Below, piece by piece: positions 37,809 through 49,999 of a stretch of 64,000 nucleotides of DNA. The stretch covers positions 71,659 through 135,658 of the forward strand of contig NIVC01000639.1 in assembly GCA_002269645.1 (NCBI GenBank), in the 5' to 3' direction. Within the stretch, counting starts at the first letter, position 1, and every line of letters begins with the position of its first letter. Below the pieces are notes generated by a model. That model searched no databases. It worked only from the letters and a program-made list of their open reading frames with translations, and was not told the origin of the DNA. The stretch is from Macrostomum lignano (Eukaryota). The position numbers and the translations under genes were made by a program.

Positions 37809-38090
37809 GTTCATTCTTTAAAACTGGATGGTTGGTATTGATTTCGGAGAACTCTCCAAGACACTGGAATTTAGTTTAATCATCAACAATGTCCTTCAGT
37901 TTTTCTTCATAATCTTTGGCATTAAGAATTGCTGTACCATAGCCTTTGTCATATCCAACTATCTTAAGATTCTTATTGGTTTTTAGAGACTTCAAAGTGC
38001 CATGAAGCAACCTATTTTCTTTTTTCTTAATCAGATTTTCAGATTTTCAGCAGAGTTGAAGAATTTTTCCGTTTCAGAAGCAATAGTGGT

Positions 38091-38832
38091 CAGTGGTGTG
38101 ATTGAGGCGCGAAAAAGGCACAAGTACGCGATTTCTGAGGGCAGGCGCAAATTTTCGTCAAGCAGAGGCGCGATTTTTCAATTTTCAAATTTTCATTTTT
38201 TACTGATGAACTGATCACATTTAGTCTATTCACACACGCTTTATTCAAATTTAAACTTTATGTTATGGTGTACAATACATGCAAATTGGATCTGGAGCAG
38301 CAGCTGAAAATGAAAGAAGACGAGATCCAGTCAAAACGGAAGCAGACTGAAGAGAGCTCCAACGACTGCTGCTGGAGCTGACTCGTAACAAGGAGAAGGA
38401 TCAAGAGTTGGAATAGCTTTGACAGGAGAAATGCAAGCTCCAGCAGAAGAAATTGAAGGAAGCTGAAAGAATTGCTGAGCAAGTGCTGAAATGGAAGGCT
38501 GTTGAGCAGGAAGTTAGGAATAGCCATTGCCTGCCCCAGAGTGTCCTTCAAAAAAGTTTAGAAATCAAATACCATGAAGTTTTAACACCCATTTTTGTCC
38601 AAGGACATTTGCTGCTTGCTTTTTAGTTGTGCAGGCCAAACTTTTATGAGTGGTAAAGTACTGCCACAGCAAGGATTGATCCTTAGTGCTGGAAAAAAGA
38701 AGCAAAAACCATAAAAATATGGGTTTTCTACATGTATATATATGTAGTTAGCATGTTATTTAAACTAGTAAACAATGGCGCAAATTTTTTTGTGAGGCGC
38801 AAAAAAATGGCCCTTTGCCAATCACACCACTG
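38091..38832. mobile_element. 742-bp non-autonomous hAT-type element inserted in the Penelope ORF
   Basis: Perfect 14-bp TIR CAGTGGTGTGATTG / CAATCACACCACTG; TSD ATAGTGGT at 38083-38090 and 38833-38840. Confidence 0.92.
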
Positions 38833-39775
38833 ATAGTGGTCCTAAAGTTAGGTTGCAACCTGGTGCCAGCACCACCCTCTGAGCAATTCCAGGCTGCACA
38901 TTTACTCACCATTTCCTCAATGGAAGCTTGGATGTCAAGGTGAGAGAGGCGAGGAGGAAGAATCGGACTCTTTAATCCATGTTGAAGGGTGTTAAGCTCC
39001 GGAAGCATCAGCTGGTGATCCAAGAGATTAGTAACCAACTTTGGATTGTCTCTTGTTTTTTCCAGCCAGTAACCAAGTAGCTTAGCTTCATGCCTTTCAA
39101 GGTTCTTCTCAGCAATCCCTCTGGTGTGGCTAGTGATGAGGTGCATCAGGGTGATGTAGGTGATGATGCCCACAGCACCTTTTAGCACAGATTGCTGCAT
39201 TTTCATTGTTTTGAAGAGCTTTCTTTCTTTCTTGTCTATTGCGATTTGTTGGTTGATGAGGTGTTCATTGATGATGCTCAAATCTTTAAAAACTTCACTC
39301 TTTGGTGCTTAAAACCGCACAAACTTAGGTGCCAGTCTCAGTTCCAAACACTTGTGCAGAAATTCTTGATCAAGACAACTTTTATATAGAGAAACAGTGG
39401 TCTTTTCTAATCTCCTAAGATTCTGGATGGTCACGTCCTTATTGCACTGGCTCACTTGAAAATAGTACTGTGGTAAAGTTGTGCGTCTGAGAAAAAGCAG
39501 AATTAAGAAGGTGAGCGCTATCATTTTTTATGCAATATGTTTAATAATAAGCAACTTGCCAATCATGGTGCCAGTGCCCTCCTTAGAGTATTCTAGGTGT
39601 ACACTTGTGCTCATCTCACACACACTCTCTCTCTCCCTCTCTCCCCTCATTGTATCTCTGTGAGTGCTTCATTGGACTGTACAATCTACTGTTAATTTAT
39701 ATACATTTCTGACTTTTATTGACCCATTCTTAGTCTTAATTGTTAAATATTAATGAACAAATAAATCGTTACTAA

Positions 39776-39825
39776 TTTTAAGAGCCTGACAATGCCTGAC
39801 ATGAGGCAAAACATGTCGCATAAAA
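39776..39825 (+). ncRNA. Degenerate minimal hammerhead ribozyme motif in the Penelope pLTR
   Basis: CTGACAA-TGCCT-GACATG-AGGC-AAAAC-ATGTC versus the consensus CUGANGA-stem II-GAAAC-palindromic stem III-GUC. Two core positions are mutated. It lies just before the ORF start, as expected for Penelope-like elements. Confidence 0.55.
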
Positions 39826-41144
39826 AATGATAGTGCTCACCTTCTTAATTCTAATTTTAAGAAAATTCTCATTGTTTTTTATCAGGTTAGCTTCGTTGCT
39901 CCCCAGTTAGGAAACAACTTTAAATATGCTAAATCATGTTTACTAAATTAAGAATGAATTAAAGGCATAGGCTATATTAAAAATGGCAAAAAAGTTTTTA
40001 TATAGTCTTCTTGTGTATTTTTTCTAAAAACAAACTTTAAAAATCTTTGTTGATTTTTTGGGGTATTTTGGCTATATTGTATTTATTTTTATCAATGAGT
40101 AAAAGATAAAAATGCTAAGAATAATGCATTGGATATAGAAATCAGTTTATGAGTTTTATAAATAAAAAAAAGTTTTTTTGACAAAATGGTCATAGTGCTT
40201 AATAAGCAAATCCATTGCAAAAATGTTGCAAATAATACAACCTATTAAAAAAGTACAAAGGTCAACAATTTTTTTTCATAAGGTACAGGTTTTAGCTGAT
40301 TCATAGTAATTTTGATATGCTAAATTCAAATATAACCTTGTGTAGTTTAGCAAAAGACAGACAATATTTTTTAAACAGTCAGCTAATGAGGGAGTGTCTA
40401 GAGCCTTGCAGAGTATGTCATCCATGAGCCATTGGTCAATTGCAATAAGATATTGTTCCCACCACTGCATATCAAACTGGGCCTTATCAAGCAATCCACA
40501 AAGGTGCTCAACAAGCAGGGATAGTGCTTTGAGTATGTTGTGTATTTCTATTACTCATTGAGAAGAAACTGAAGGCCAGCATATTTTGGTGGCTCCCAAG
40601 TCCAGCAACTAATGAGAGATGCTGATGACTAATCTAGAAAGAGCTGCATGAGAGCTGAGAACTATCAGGGATTGGTAAACAATCTGATGGTTGCTTCTGA
40701 CTGGTCAACATGATTTCAATTTGACATCAAGCTGACCAGTAAATGTAAAATAATTTCACTAAAAATCTAATTTGTGTAAAAACTTGACCTGGTGATTTAA
40801 TCTTTTTTGCTGTAGACCTGTGGTATGAAAAGTGAGAATTTTGTAAAAATTTCAAGCATATTTAATACAAAAGATAATTTAACAAAATCGAAGAGAGCAG
40901 CTTTGCATTTTATAATGACTTTTAATGCTAGAATTGACCATCATTTATCAATTTTAAAAATACAGTAGGCACCTATTTTTGTCACAGTTTCAAGTTCTTT
41001 CTCTAAAAAAGATTATTTTTGGAATATAATCGTGGAAAATAAAAGTTGTGAATGCATATGTATATATTTGCGACGCTTACTTACCTGATGTAAATTAATT
41101 GTGTGATGCTAATTCCTTGAACTAATTACCCATGCTTCTCACAG

Positions 41145-44100
41145 AGCCCAGGATCGCGGTCTGGCCACGCTGAAAGACATTTCCATCCGTTTGAAGTCGG
41201 TGAAGAACATTCAGAAGATCACAAAGTCCATGAAGCTCATCTCCGCCACCAAGTTCAACAGGGCTGAGAAGGTATTTTTACTAATACTATTACTATTTAT
41301 CCGATCTTGTGATGTCTACTCTACTCACAGTAGCACCTGATGATTTTTATACGCTTTTTTTAATTTTCAAGGAGCTCCGAGCGGCCCGCGCCTACGGCCT
41401 TGGCACGAAGGAATTTTTCGACAAAGCGGACATCCCCAAGCCGGAGCAGCCGAAGGGCCACCTCCTGCTCGGCATCACCTCCGACCGCGGCCTGTGCGGC
41501 GCCGCCAACAGCAGCATCTCCAAGGCCATCAAGGTCTATCTGGAAGGCGAGGGCAAAGGCAAGGAAGTGAAGGTTGTTGCCATTGGCGACAAGGCGCGCG
41601 CCCAGCTGAAGCGCCTGTACGGGAGCTACATCCTCATGCACTTCAAGGACATCGGCAAGAAGCCGCCTAGCTTCGCCGATGCCAGCTACATCGCCCAGGA
41701 GATCGCGAACAGCGGCTTCCAGTTCGACACCGCCGACATTTTCTACAACTCGTTTAAGAGCGTCGTGTCTTACAAGACCTCCGTGCAGCCGCTCTACTCG
41801 CAGGATCTCGTCAGCCAGGTGCGGCAAACCTGCTGGCCACCGAGCCTATCTGAAGCCCGACAATCCCGGCTTTCATTGGCCTTTCACCCTGGTAGAATCG
41901 CCTCCTCCCTGGTAGAATCGCCTCCTCCCTGGTAGAATCGCCTTTTCCCTGGTAGAATCGCCTCCTCCCTGGTAGAATCGCCTTTTCCCTGGTAGAATCG
42001 CCTTTTCCCTGGTAGAATCGCCTTATCCCTGGTAGAATCGCCTTCTCCCCGGTAGAATTGCCTTTTCCCTGGTAGAATCGCCTTCTCCATGGTAGAATCG
42101 CCTCCTCCCTGGTAGAATCGCCTTATCCCTGGTAGAATCGCCTTCTCCCCGGTAGAATTGCCTTTTCCCTGGTAGAATCGCCTTCTCCCTGGTAGAATCG
42201 CCTCCTCCCTGGTAGAATCGCCTTTTCCCTGGTAAAATCGCCTTTTCCCTGGTAGAATCGCCTTCTCCCTGGTAGAATCGCCTTTTCCCTGGTAGAATCG
42301 CCTTCTCCCTGGTAGAATCGCCTTTTCCCTGGTAGAATCGCCTTTTCCCTGGTAGAATCTCCTTTTCCCTGGTAGAATCGCCTTTTCCCTGGTAGAATCG
42401 CCTTTTACCTGGTAGAATCGCCTTCTCCCTGGTAGAATCGCCTTCTCCCTGGTAGAATCGCCTCCTCCCTGGTAGAATCGCCTCCTCCCTGGTAGAATCG
42501 CCTCCTCCCTGGTAGAATCGCCTTTTCCCTGGTAGAATCGCCTCCTCCCTGGTAGAATCGCCTTTTCCCTGGTAGAATCGCCTCCTCCCTGGTAGAATCG
42601 CCTTTTCCCTGGTAGAATCGCCTCCTCCCTGGTAGAATCGCCTCCTCCCTGGTAGAATCGCCTTTTCCCTGGTAGAATCGCCTCCTCCCTGGTAGAATCG
42701 CCTTTTCCCTGGTAGAATCGCCTTATCCCTGGTAGAATCGCCTTCTCCCCGGTAGAATTGCCTTTTCCCTGGTAGAATCGCCTTCTCCCTGGTAGAATCG
42801 CCTCCTCCCTGGTAGAATCGCCTTTTCCCTGGTAAAATCGCCTCCTCCCTGGTAGAATCGCCTTCTCCCTGGTAGAATCGCCTTTTCCCTGGTAGAATCG
42901 CCTTCTCCCTGGTAGAATCGCCTTTTCCCTGGTAGAATCGCCTTCTCCCTGGTAGAATCGCCTTTTCCCTGGTAGAATCGCCTTTTCCCTGGTAGAATCG
43001 CCTTTTACCTGGTAGAATCGCCTTCTCCCTGGTAGAATCGCCTTCTCCCTGGTAGAATCGCTTTCCACTCTTGTAAAATCACCTTCTCCCTAGTAGAATC
43101 GCCTTCTCCCTGATAGAATTGCCTTCTCCCTGTTAGAATAGCCTTTCAGTCTTGTAGAATCGCTTTCTCCCTTGTAGAATCGCATCCAACCTTGTATGTA
43201 ATCATCCTGAATCGTGTTAATCACCCTCCATCCCGTAGAATCACCCTCTATCCAGTAGAATCGCCCTCCATTCCGTAGAATCGCCCTCCATCCTGTAAAA
43301 TCTCCCTCTATCCCGTAGAATCTCCCTCTATCCCGTAGAATCGCTCCCATCCCGTAGAATCGCCCTCCATCCATTAAAATCTCCCTCTATCCCGTAGAAT
43401 CTCCCTCTATCCCGTAGAATCGCTCCCATCCCGTAGAATCGCCCTCCATCCTGTAAAATCTCCCTCTATCCCGTAGAATCTCCCTCTATCCCGTAGAATC
43501 GCCCTCCATCCCGTAAAATCTCCCTCTATCCCGTAGAATCGCCCTCCATCCTGTAAAATCTCCCTCTATCCCGTAGAATCTCCCTCTATCCCGTAGAATC
43601 GCTCCCATCCCGTAGAATCGCCCTCCATCCTGTAAAATCTCCCTCTATCCCGTAGAATCTCCCTCTATCCCGTAGAATCGCCCTCCATCCTGTAAAATCT
43701 CCCTCTATCCCGTAGAATCTCCCTCTATCCCGTAGAATCGCTCCCATCCCGTAGAATCGCCCTCCATCCTGTAAAATCTCCCTCTATCCCGTAGAATCTC
43801 CCTCTATCCCGTAGAATCGCTCCCATCCCGTAGAATCGCTCCCATCCCGTAGAATCGCCCTCCATCCCGTAGAATCGCCCTCCTCCCGTAGAATCGCCCT
43901 CCATCCCGTAGCTGTAGCCTTCAACACTGCAGAGCTATCATTAATCTCATTACAATTGCCTGCCCGCCATCCGAACTGCAGGCCTCGAAGCTCAGCCTGT
44001 ACGACAGCGTTGATCCGGACACCCTGACGGCCTACAACGAGTTCGCCTTGGCTTCGCTGATCTTCTTCTGTCTGAAGGAGGGCGCCGCCAGCGAGCAGTC

Positions 44101-44242
44101 AGCCCGCATGACCGCCATGGACTCCGCCAGCAAGAACGCCGGCGAGATGATCAACAAGCTGACGCTGACGTACAACCGGACGCGACAGGCCGTCATCACC
44201 AGGGAGCTGATAGAGATCATCTCCGGTGCCGCCGCTGTCTGA
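41145..44242 (+). CDS. ATP5F1C: Mitochondrial ATP synthase F1 gamma subunit (exons 41145-41271, 41372-41818, 43982-44242; first exon not located)
   Basis: [94 protein letters not shown]. Intron phases are consistent. Confidence 0.97.
41885..43910. repeat. Intronic minisatellite: 20-bp CCCTGGTAGAATCGCCTT(T/C)T grading into a related CCCGTAGAATCGCCCTCCAT unit
   Basis: Fills about 2 kb of the last ATP5F1C intron. Confidence 0.96.
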
Positions 44243-46035
44243 GCATTGGAGTTAGGATGGGGCCTTCTATTGAGAAATACTGAAACTATTACCAATAACA
44301 CCATCTGTTTAGCTATTTTACAATTACTTATAGTAATTGAGTAGTTATTACGGTAGTATGCTACTGTCAGTAGACATAAACTTAGCGAGAGAGTTTCTTT
44401 CTGTCTCCAAATGCCCAGCCCATTCTGCTCTCTCTACCCTTTCTAAATCCATTTTATTATTGCGTCTCGTTGGATTTAAATAAGAATTAGTTGGCTAAAC
44501 TAATTTAGCTAATATTACACATTTTGAAAAGGCAGGTAGTGTTCAAAACATGAGCGGGAAATATAGTCTATTAAAAGATATTTGTCTTGGGGTTGAACTG
44601 TTTATTTACTTATTAATATTAAGACCTATAAATAAATGTCCTGAACGCCCATGAAGCTGTGCTTGCTTGTTTCCAACCAGATTTGGGAAGTAATACAACA
44701 AAAAAAAAAGCTTGTTTTTCGTTTTAATTTAATGTACAAATATCTACATGTACGAGTAGAAATTACCTTCCTTGTTAGCTGGTGTTGCGCAAACAATATT
44801 ATTATTCCCAAAGACTCCACTAGTAACAGAATTTAAAGGCAAAGCCTTAAGCATCTTTTTATATATACATTGTGTACAATGTGGGCTGCACACATGCTCA
44901 GACTTCGTCACTGTAAGAGTACATTGGTTCCAATCAATGTGCATCCGACTCGTCACCAGGAAAATAGATTCTATTTTACAGCTAAATTTAATATGGCTGG
45001 GGTGCCGCAAATGCTATATGGATGATGCCGTACTCGTAAAATGTCAGCCAGTAACAGTAACTGCTTCTACCATCACAGCAGCTGTACCGGAGACGATAAA
45101 AATAGGTTGGGTTGACCAGTGTGTAGTGTAGTGTAATTTGGCTCAGGCAAGCAGCCTGTTTAGCCAGTATGGGCTTTGTATTAATTTAATTTTTAGTTGC
45201 TAGAAATAATTGTTAAATTAGTCGAGGTAAATTACGAAGTATTGTTTTGATTACGAGATAAGATACGAATGAAGTCAGATCGAAAAAAAGTATGAGAACA
45301 AGTTTTTAAATTACCGCGAGAGGGCGCAATGAAAGGTAACGAGGTTGTTAATAAAAATTGGTTGTTCATAAGGACATTAACCACTATAATAATAAAAATA
45401 AACAAATATCGATATTTAATACTTAGTATGTCTCGAATTTTAGAAATGGTGTCAAAAAACAATTAACAAAAATAACGCATTAGGTACACTTTTTAGGTAA
45501 GCATTTGTCTAGACAGAATCGATGCCGTATGTGCCTACGTTGTGCTACCGCATCGGGAGAGCGCATTGAGATGTCTATTGAAAGGCATAAAGCTGGAGAT
45601 GAAAAGCGGAAATAATATTACACTGCTGATGTATCTGTTTCAGTTTGCATAACTGTTTTAGCTATTCATGACTTCATACATTTTAGCTACCCCAGTAGCT
45701 ATTTTCAGACTCTTTCATTTGTAGCATAATCCTATTTTGTGTATTTTGTTGTCATCTAAGAGAGGTATTGACAGAAGTATTTTTTCCTGATCTCTTGAGT
45801 TTGTGGACATTCGGTCAAGTAGTGTAGGATATCGGAACCATTTCTCGCTCCACACAGTCTACATGCTTCTAGAGAAAATATGTTGTGTGCAATCTCATTT
45901 CAGTTTTAGGAGCCCACGGTACTGTTAGGAATTCGATCAGAACAAGTTTATTTTAAAAGGAAGCAGACCACGTCTAATACTTTACGTAGATGGTTTAGCA
46001 TGTTAAAAATTATAATTTTTTTGTGTTAACTAAAG

Positions 46036-46300
46036 TGAGTTAGAACTATAAATACTAAAATAGGACAATTGAACTTGCCACAAACATTATTTTTTGTTTT
46101 TTTAGGTACAAGTTGCAAGGCAAATTCAAATCTTATACGCAATATCTTGAAAATTTTTAGTAATAATATGAGTTAGAACTATAAATACTAAAATAGGACA
46201 ATTGAACTTGCCACAAACATTATTTTTTGTTTTTTTTAGGTACAAGTTGCAAGGCAAATTCAAATCTTATACGCAATATCTTGAAAATTTTTAGTAATAA
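46036..46300. repeat. 133-bp tandem duplication
   Basis: TGAGTTAGAACTATAAATAC... starts at 46036 and again at 46169. Confidence 0.9.
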
Positions 46301-46508
46301 TAATACTGTGTATATTAAATTTAGAAATTGGTTGGCACCATCATTATCTATATAGAATGCACTGACCAGCTCTTACCAAGCAAGCCCTTGCTTGGTTCTA
46401 TCAACCCCCTGATTTACACTGGCCATGCGACCTACTTTTTGACCAAAAATGCGACTTACCTGTCAAAGAAAACCGCAAAGCAAAATAACTTTGGGTAAAC
46501 GGCAAGAG

Positions 46509-46914
46509 GGCTATCCTGTAGTTTCGCACGTTAAATTATTTTTTTGGAAAATAATAACTTTTAAGTCACTTTAAGCTTAGTAAGTGACAGAGTAGATAAT
46601 AGGGAACAAATGTAACATATTATCGAGTTACGTCAGAGGCCGCCAGAGGTACTCCTGTAAGTGTGACTCAAACAGTCCATCGGATGTACCGTGCATCTGG
46701 CGGAATTTGGCCTTCACGTGAGCCCATGTGCCCTCGATGGTGTTAGTGTGGACAGTTTATATAACATCGTTTATATGCGTTTAAACAAAAGTAGCACTCG
46801 ATAATATGTTATATTTGTTCCCTATTATCTACTCTGTCACTTACTAAGCTTAGTGACTTAAAAGTTAATTATTTTCCAAAAAAATAATTTAACATGCGAA
46901 ACTACAGGATAGCT
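46509..46914. mobile_element. 406-bp MITE with about 118-bp TIRs and 8-bp TSD GGCAAGAG
   Basis: 46509-46628 is the reverse complement of 46796-46914; TSD at 46501-46508 and 46915-46922. Inserted into a relative of the 48422 MITE. Confidence 0.9.
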
Positions 46915-48349
46915 GGCAAGAGTAACTATAACTGTCTTATTAAGGCTAAATGCCTCATCAGCTAATTAATTAGTCTATTCTTTGGGGTCGGTATTTTGCG
47001 ACTTGCCTTTGGTCCACCACAATTTACAGTGGCCAGATTGGTCAGGTCGGCCAGCAGTTGCGCATGTATATTTAGCATTATTAACATTGTCATTATCCTA
47101 GTATATATGACATAGTAGAAAGAAAAATTGTGTCAGTGACACTTTTTAAGTTCTGCATACCAACAGAGTCTTGTAGTTTTTTGGCATTAGACCTAGCATA
47201 CACTAAAATAACTAAATAAACATAATCCTATGTCCCCAGTAAGCTCTTGTCTGACTCTTTTTCATTTGTAGCATTATTTTGTGATCTGGTTGTCATCTTG
47301 TATATAAGATATAAGATAAAAATAATCCTATATGTTTATTTAGTTATTTTAGTATATGCTAGGTCTATATATAGGCCTATATATCAATATTATTTGTTTT
47401 GTTTTTTTGTGACTACTAGGGGGCTATTTATAGGAGCATATGTTGAAGTATCAATGTTTTAGGCAATTTAGCAACATTTGAATTTGTTGCAAAAATTAGT
47501 AGAGTAATGTAATAATGGTAATATTGCTATATGAGATAGGCCTTATTTAGCATTGCTCCTTTTTCTTAGAAAGTATTGTATTTGAAACTAGGCTATTTTT
47601 GTTTATATGAGTTATGAGTATAATATCAGTAATATTATAAATATTATAAATATTATAAAATTTTATTTGTTTAAAACTGAACGAAGAAAAAGGTATAAAT
47701 ACACAAGCAGAACCAGAAAGAAACCAACTTGTCTGCTGCTTGTTTCAAGCTTGAAATTGTTCTAGTATCTTAAAATTGAAGCATTGTTCAATACTTACTG
47801 ACTTAGTTATTTAGGTAAAAGGATTAAGAAGCCCCAAAATTGGGAGAGTTCAGACCATTCTCAGAAGAATGAGAAATCTAGATTAGAATCTAAGAAACCA
47901 CTTTTAAAAGGCAGGAATTCTACCACGGGGTAGAGAAGTCCAGACTCAGAGTCTAAGAAACCCACCTTAGGGCAGAATACCCAGCAAGAAAGCTGTGACC
48001 CTCTGATCCCGGGAACGCCTAGGACTAAGAGAATAATATCTTTAGAAGGGTATAAGAATAGGATAGACAATGCCTAAAGATTGCTCAGGCCAAAAAGTAC
48101 AATATAAGTACATACGCTACCAATAGAAGAACATGTGCTACCACTCCCTACTAGAAATAACCAGTAAGACCCCTGTTATAACTTTGGTGACAGGATATTC
48201 AATAATAGGAAATAGAAGAATATCCCTGTGACAACTTTGGTAGCATTAGTAGGATTTCTAAAGAGAGCTAAAAGGCCTATAACAACTTTGGTGATTCAGC
48301 GGTGAGATTCCATATCGTACAAGAACACCGCAGTTATATATTACTTGGC

Positions 48350-48935
48350 ATTATAGGCTAGGTTGTGGATTGTGTATAGTGTACACCAGAACAAGAATTG
48401 TAGCTCATCTAAATGTATGCCCATACATGCGCAACAGTCGGCCGAGTCGGCCGATCCGGCCGACCGATTTGGCAGCCAATCAAGGAAGTCGCAAAAATGC
48501 CCACCCAAAAAACCTAAGTAGTCTTACTAAGTAGCTGACGAGGCATTTTGCCCTAATAAGACAGTCATAGCTACTCCTGCCGTTTACCCAAAGTTGCGTT
48601 AATTTTGTTTTACAGTTTTTATTACATGTAAGTCGCATTTTTGGCCAAAAACTACGTCGCATTTTTGTTAAAACTAAGTCGCATGGCCGACCGAATTTTG
48701 GAGGTTGCGCATGTATGTGTATGCCAGTAATTTTCCTTAAAATGTACACTAAAAATTCCTCTTAAAAAGGTCATTCAGTTTGTATGAGTAGAGTTTTCTA
48801 TCTAAGAAAGGCTTTTGTACAAAAAGTTATGTTACTTGTGTATATTGATAGTGTATGCCAACAAAGTGTACCAAGAGTTGTGTATACCAAGGACTTAGGG
48901 TTGCCATTTTGTATGCCAGAAAGGTTCTGGCATAT
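48350..48935 (+). mobile_element. Second, inverted copy of the hairpin-ended dispersed element at 35807-36330
   Basis: Ends GTATGCCAGAAAGGTTCTGGCATATATG (a decayed version of the hairpin); interrupted by the 48422 MITE. Confidence 0.5.
48422..48717. mobile_element. 296-bp hAT-like MITE with 14-bp TIR CATACATGCGCAAC and TSD TGTATGCC
   Basis: TIRs at 48422-48435 and 48704-48717; TSD at 48414-48421 and 48718-48725. A related inverted copy lies at about 46410-47070. Confidence 0.9.
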
Positions 48936-49080
48936 ATGCATACCATCTACAACTTGGATTATAGGTAAAAAGCATATATATCCTATAAAAGCATTAGTGT
49001 ACAATAGGGATCGACAACCTTTTTCTACTTGAAGGCCAGATAAGATTTTCAGTTCAAGACCATAGGCCACAGTAGGTTGC

Positions 49081-49175
49081 CCCCCCCTCAATTACTCCAC
49101 CCCCCTCAATTACTCCACCCCCCTCAATTACTCCACCCCCCTCAATTACTCCACCCCCCTCAATTACTCCATCTC
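49081..49175. repeat. 18-bp unit CCCCCTCAATTACTCCAC x5
   Basis: Read directly. Confidence 0.9.
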
Positions 49176-49999
49176 CCTCATTGGGTCTTTACCCTCTAGA
49201 ATCTGCCCCCTGGGTCTTTAATACATTACCATATGTGTACCCCCCTATTGTTGGCCTGTCACCATCTCACTTTCCTTTGCCACCAGTTCCCCTATTTCCA
49301 TTCTATTCAAAAGTTTGAACTGATGTGTTATCTAGTCTAGACTCTGTAAACAGCCCACTTACATTCTGTTTGTGTCTCAATACTAATTTGTTATTAAAGT
49401 TGGCAATTGAGGAAAGAAATTCCACATTTTTAGTACATTTTTAGTATTTTTTGTGAAAGAAACAATGCAGTTACAATAAAGGTGCAGGCTAGATTATAAT
49501 AATGAAGATAAAAAAAGCTCGCAGGCTGCATAATAAGTCTTTGTGGGCCAGGTTGCTGACCCCTAGTATATAAGTAGCAATAAGTTGAAAGATAAGGTAT
49601 ATTTGAATAAGATCAAGATTGATTCTAGACAGATTAGCAAATTCTGTTTTATATAGTCTGACTTTTAGTTTAAAACTAAGCAATTAATCCTAGTTATAAC
49701 CATGCTTAGGTGCAACCTAGAGATTCACCAATCACCAAGCCATTTCTATTAATAATATACATATATATATATGTATATATACTAATAGAATATCCAAGTT
49801 GTATCCAAGTTATATCCAAGTTGCTATTGGATAGAATAGTAGTCATAGGAATGCTCTTAGCCAATAGAAACTTACATATATTGACATACGCTCATGCAAT
49901 AGTCTATGGCTGCTGCGCCTAAATGCCACCTCTCTCATCCCTTCCTAATATATAAGTGTCCTAGCTTCATAATCTTGTTACAAGCCCCACTATCATTAA

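Larger units (their letters stand above)
36990..39870 (-). mobile_element. Decayed Penelope-like retroelement (RT), 3'-truncated, with an inverted pLTR at its 5' end
   Basis: Minus-strand motifs GYDKGYG, QLYGTCKVHKPEKPLRPIVS, SFDIVSLFTNIP, YRQIDGCAMGSPLAPTLANL and YKRYVDN, with stops and frameshifts. The ORF start (MIALTFLIL, 39524) recurs inverted at 39818-39852, preceded on the plus strand by the C-terminus NKQLANHGASALLRVF* and an AATAAA. Confidence 0.88.

Noticed and set aside
40276-40700. Decayed coding-like stretch on the minus strand
   Set aside because: Contains stops and no recognisable family; too weak to call.
41884-43374. 394-aa REKAILPG repeat ORF and neighbours
   Set aside because: Translation of the intronic 20-bp minisatellite, antisense to ATP5F1C.
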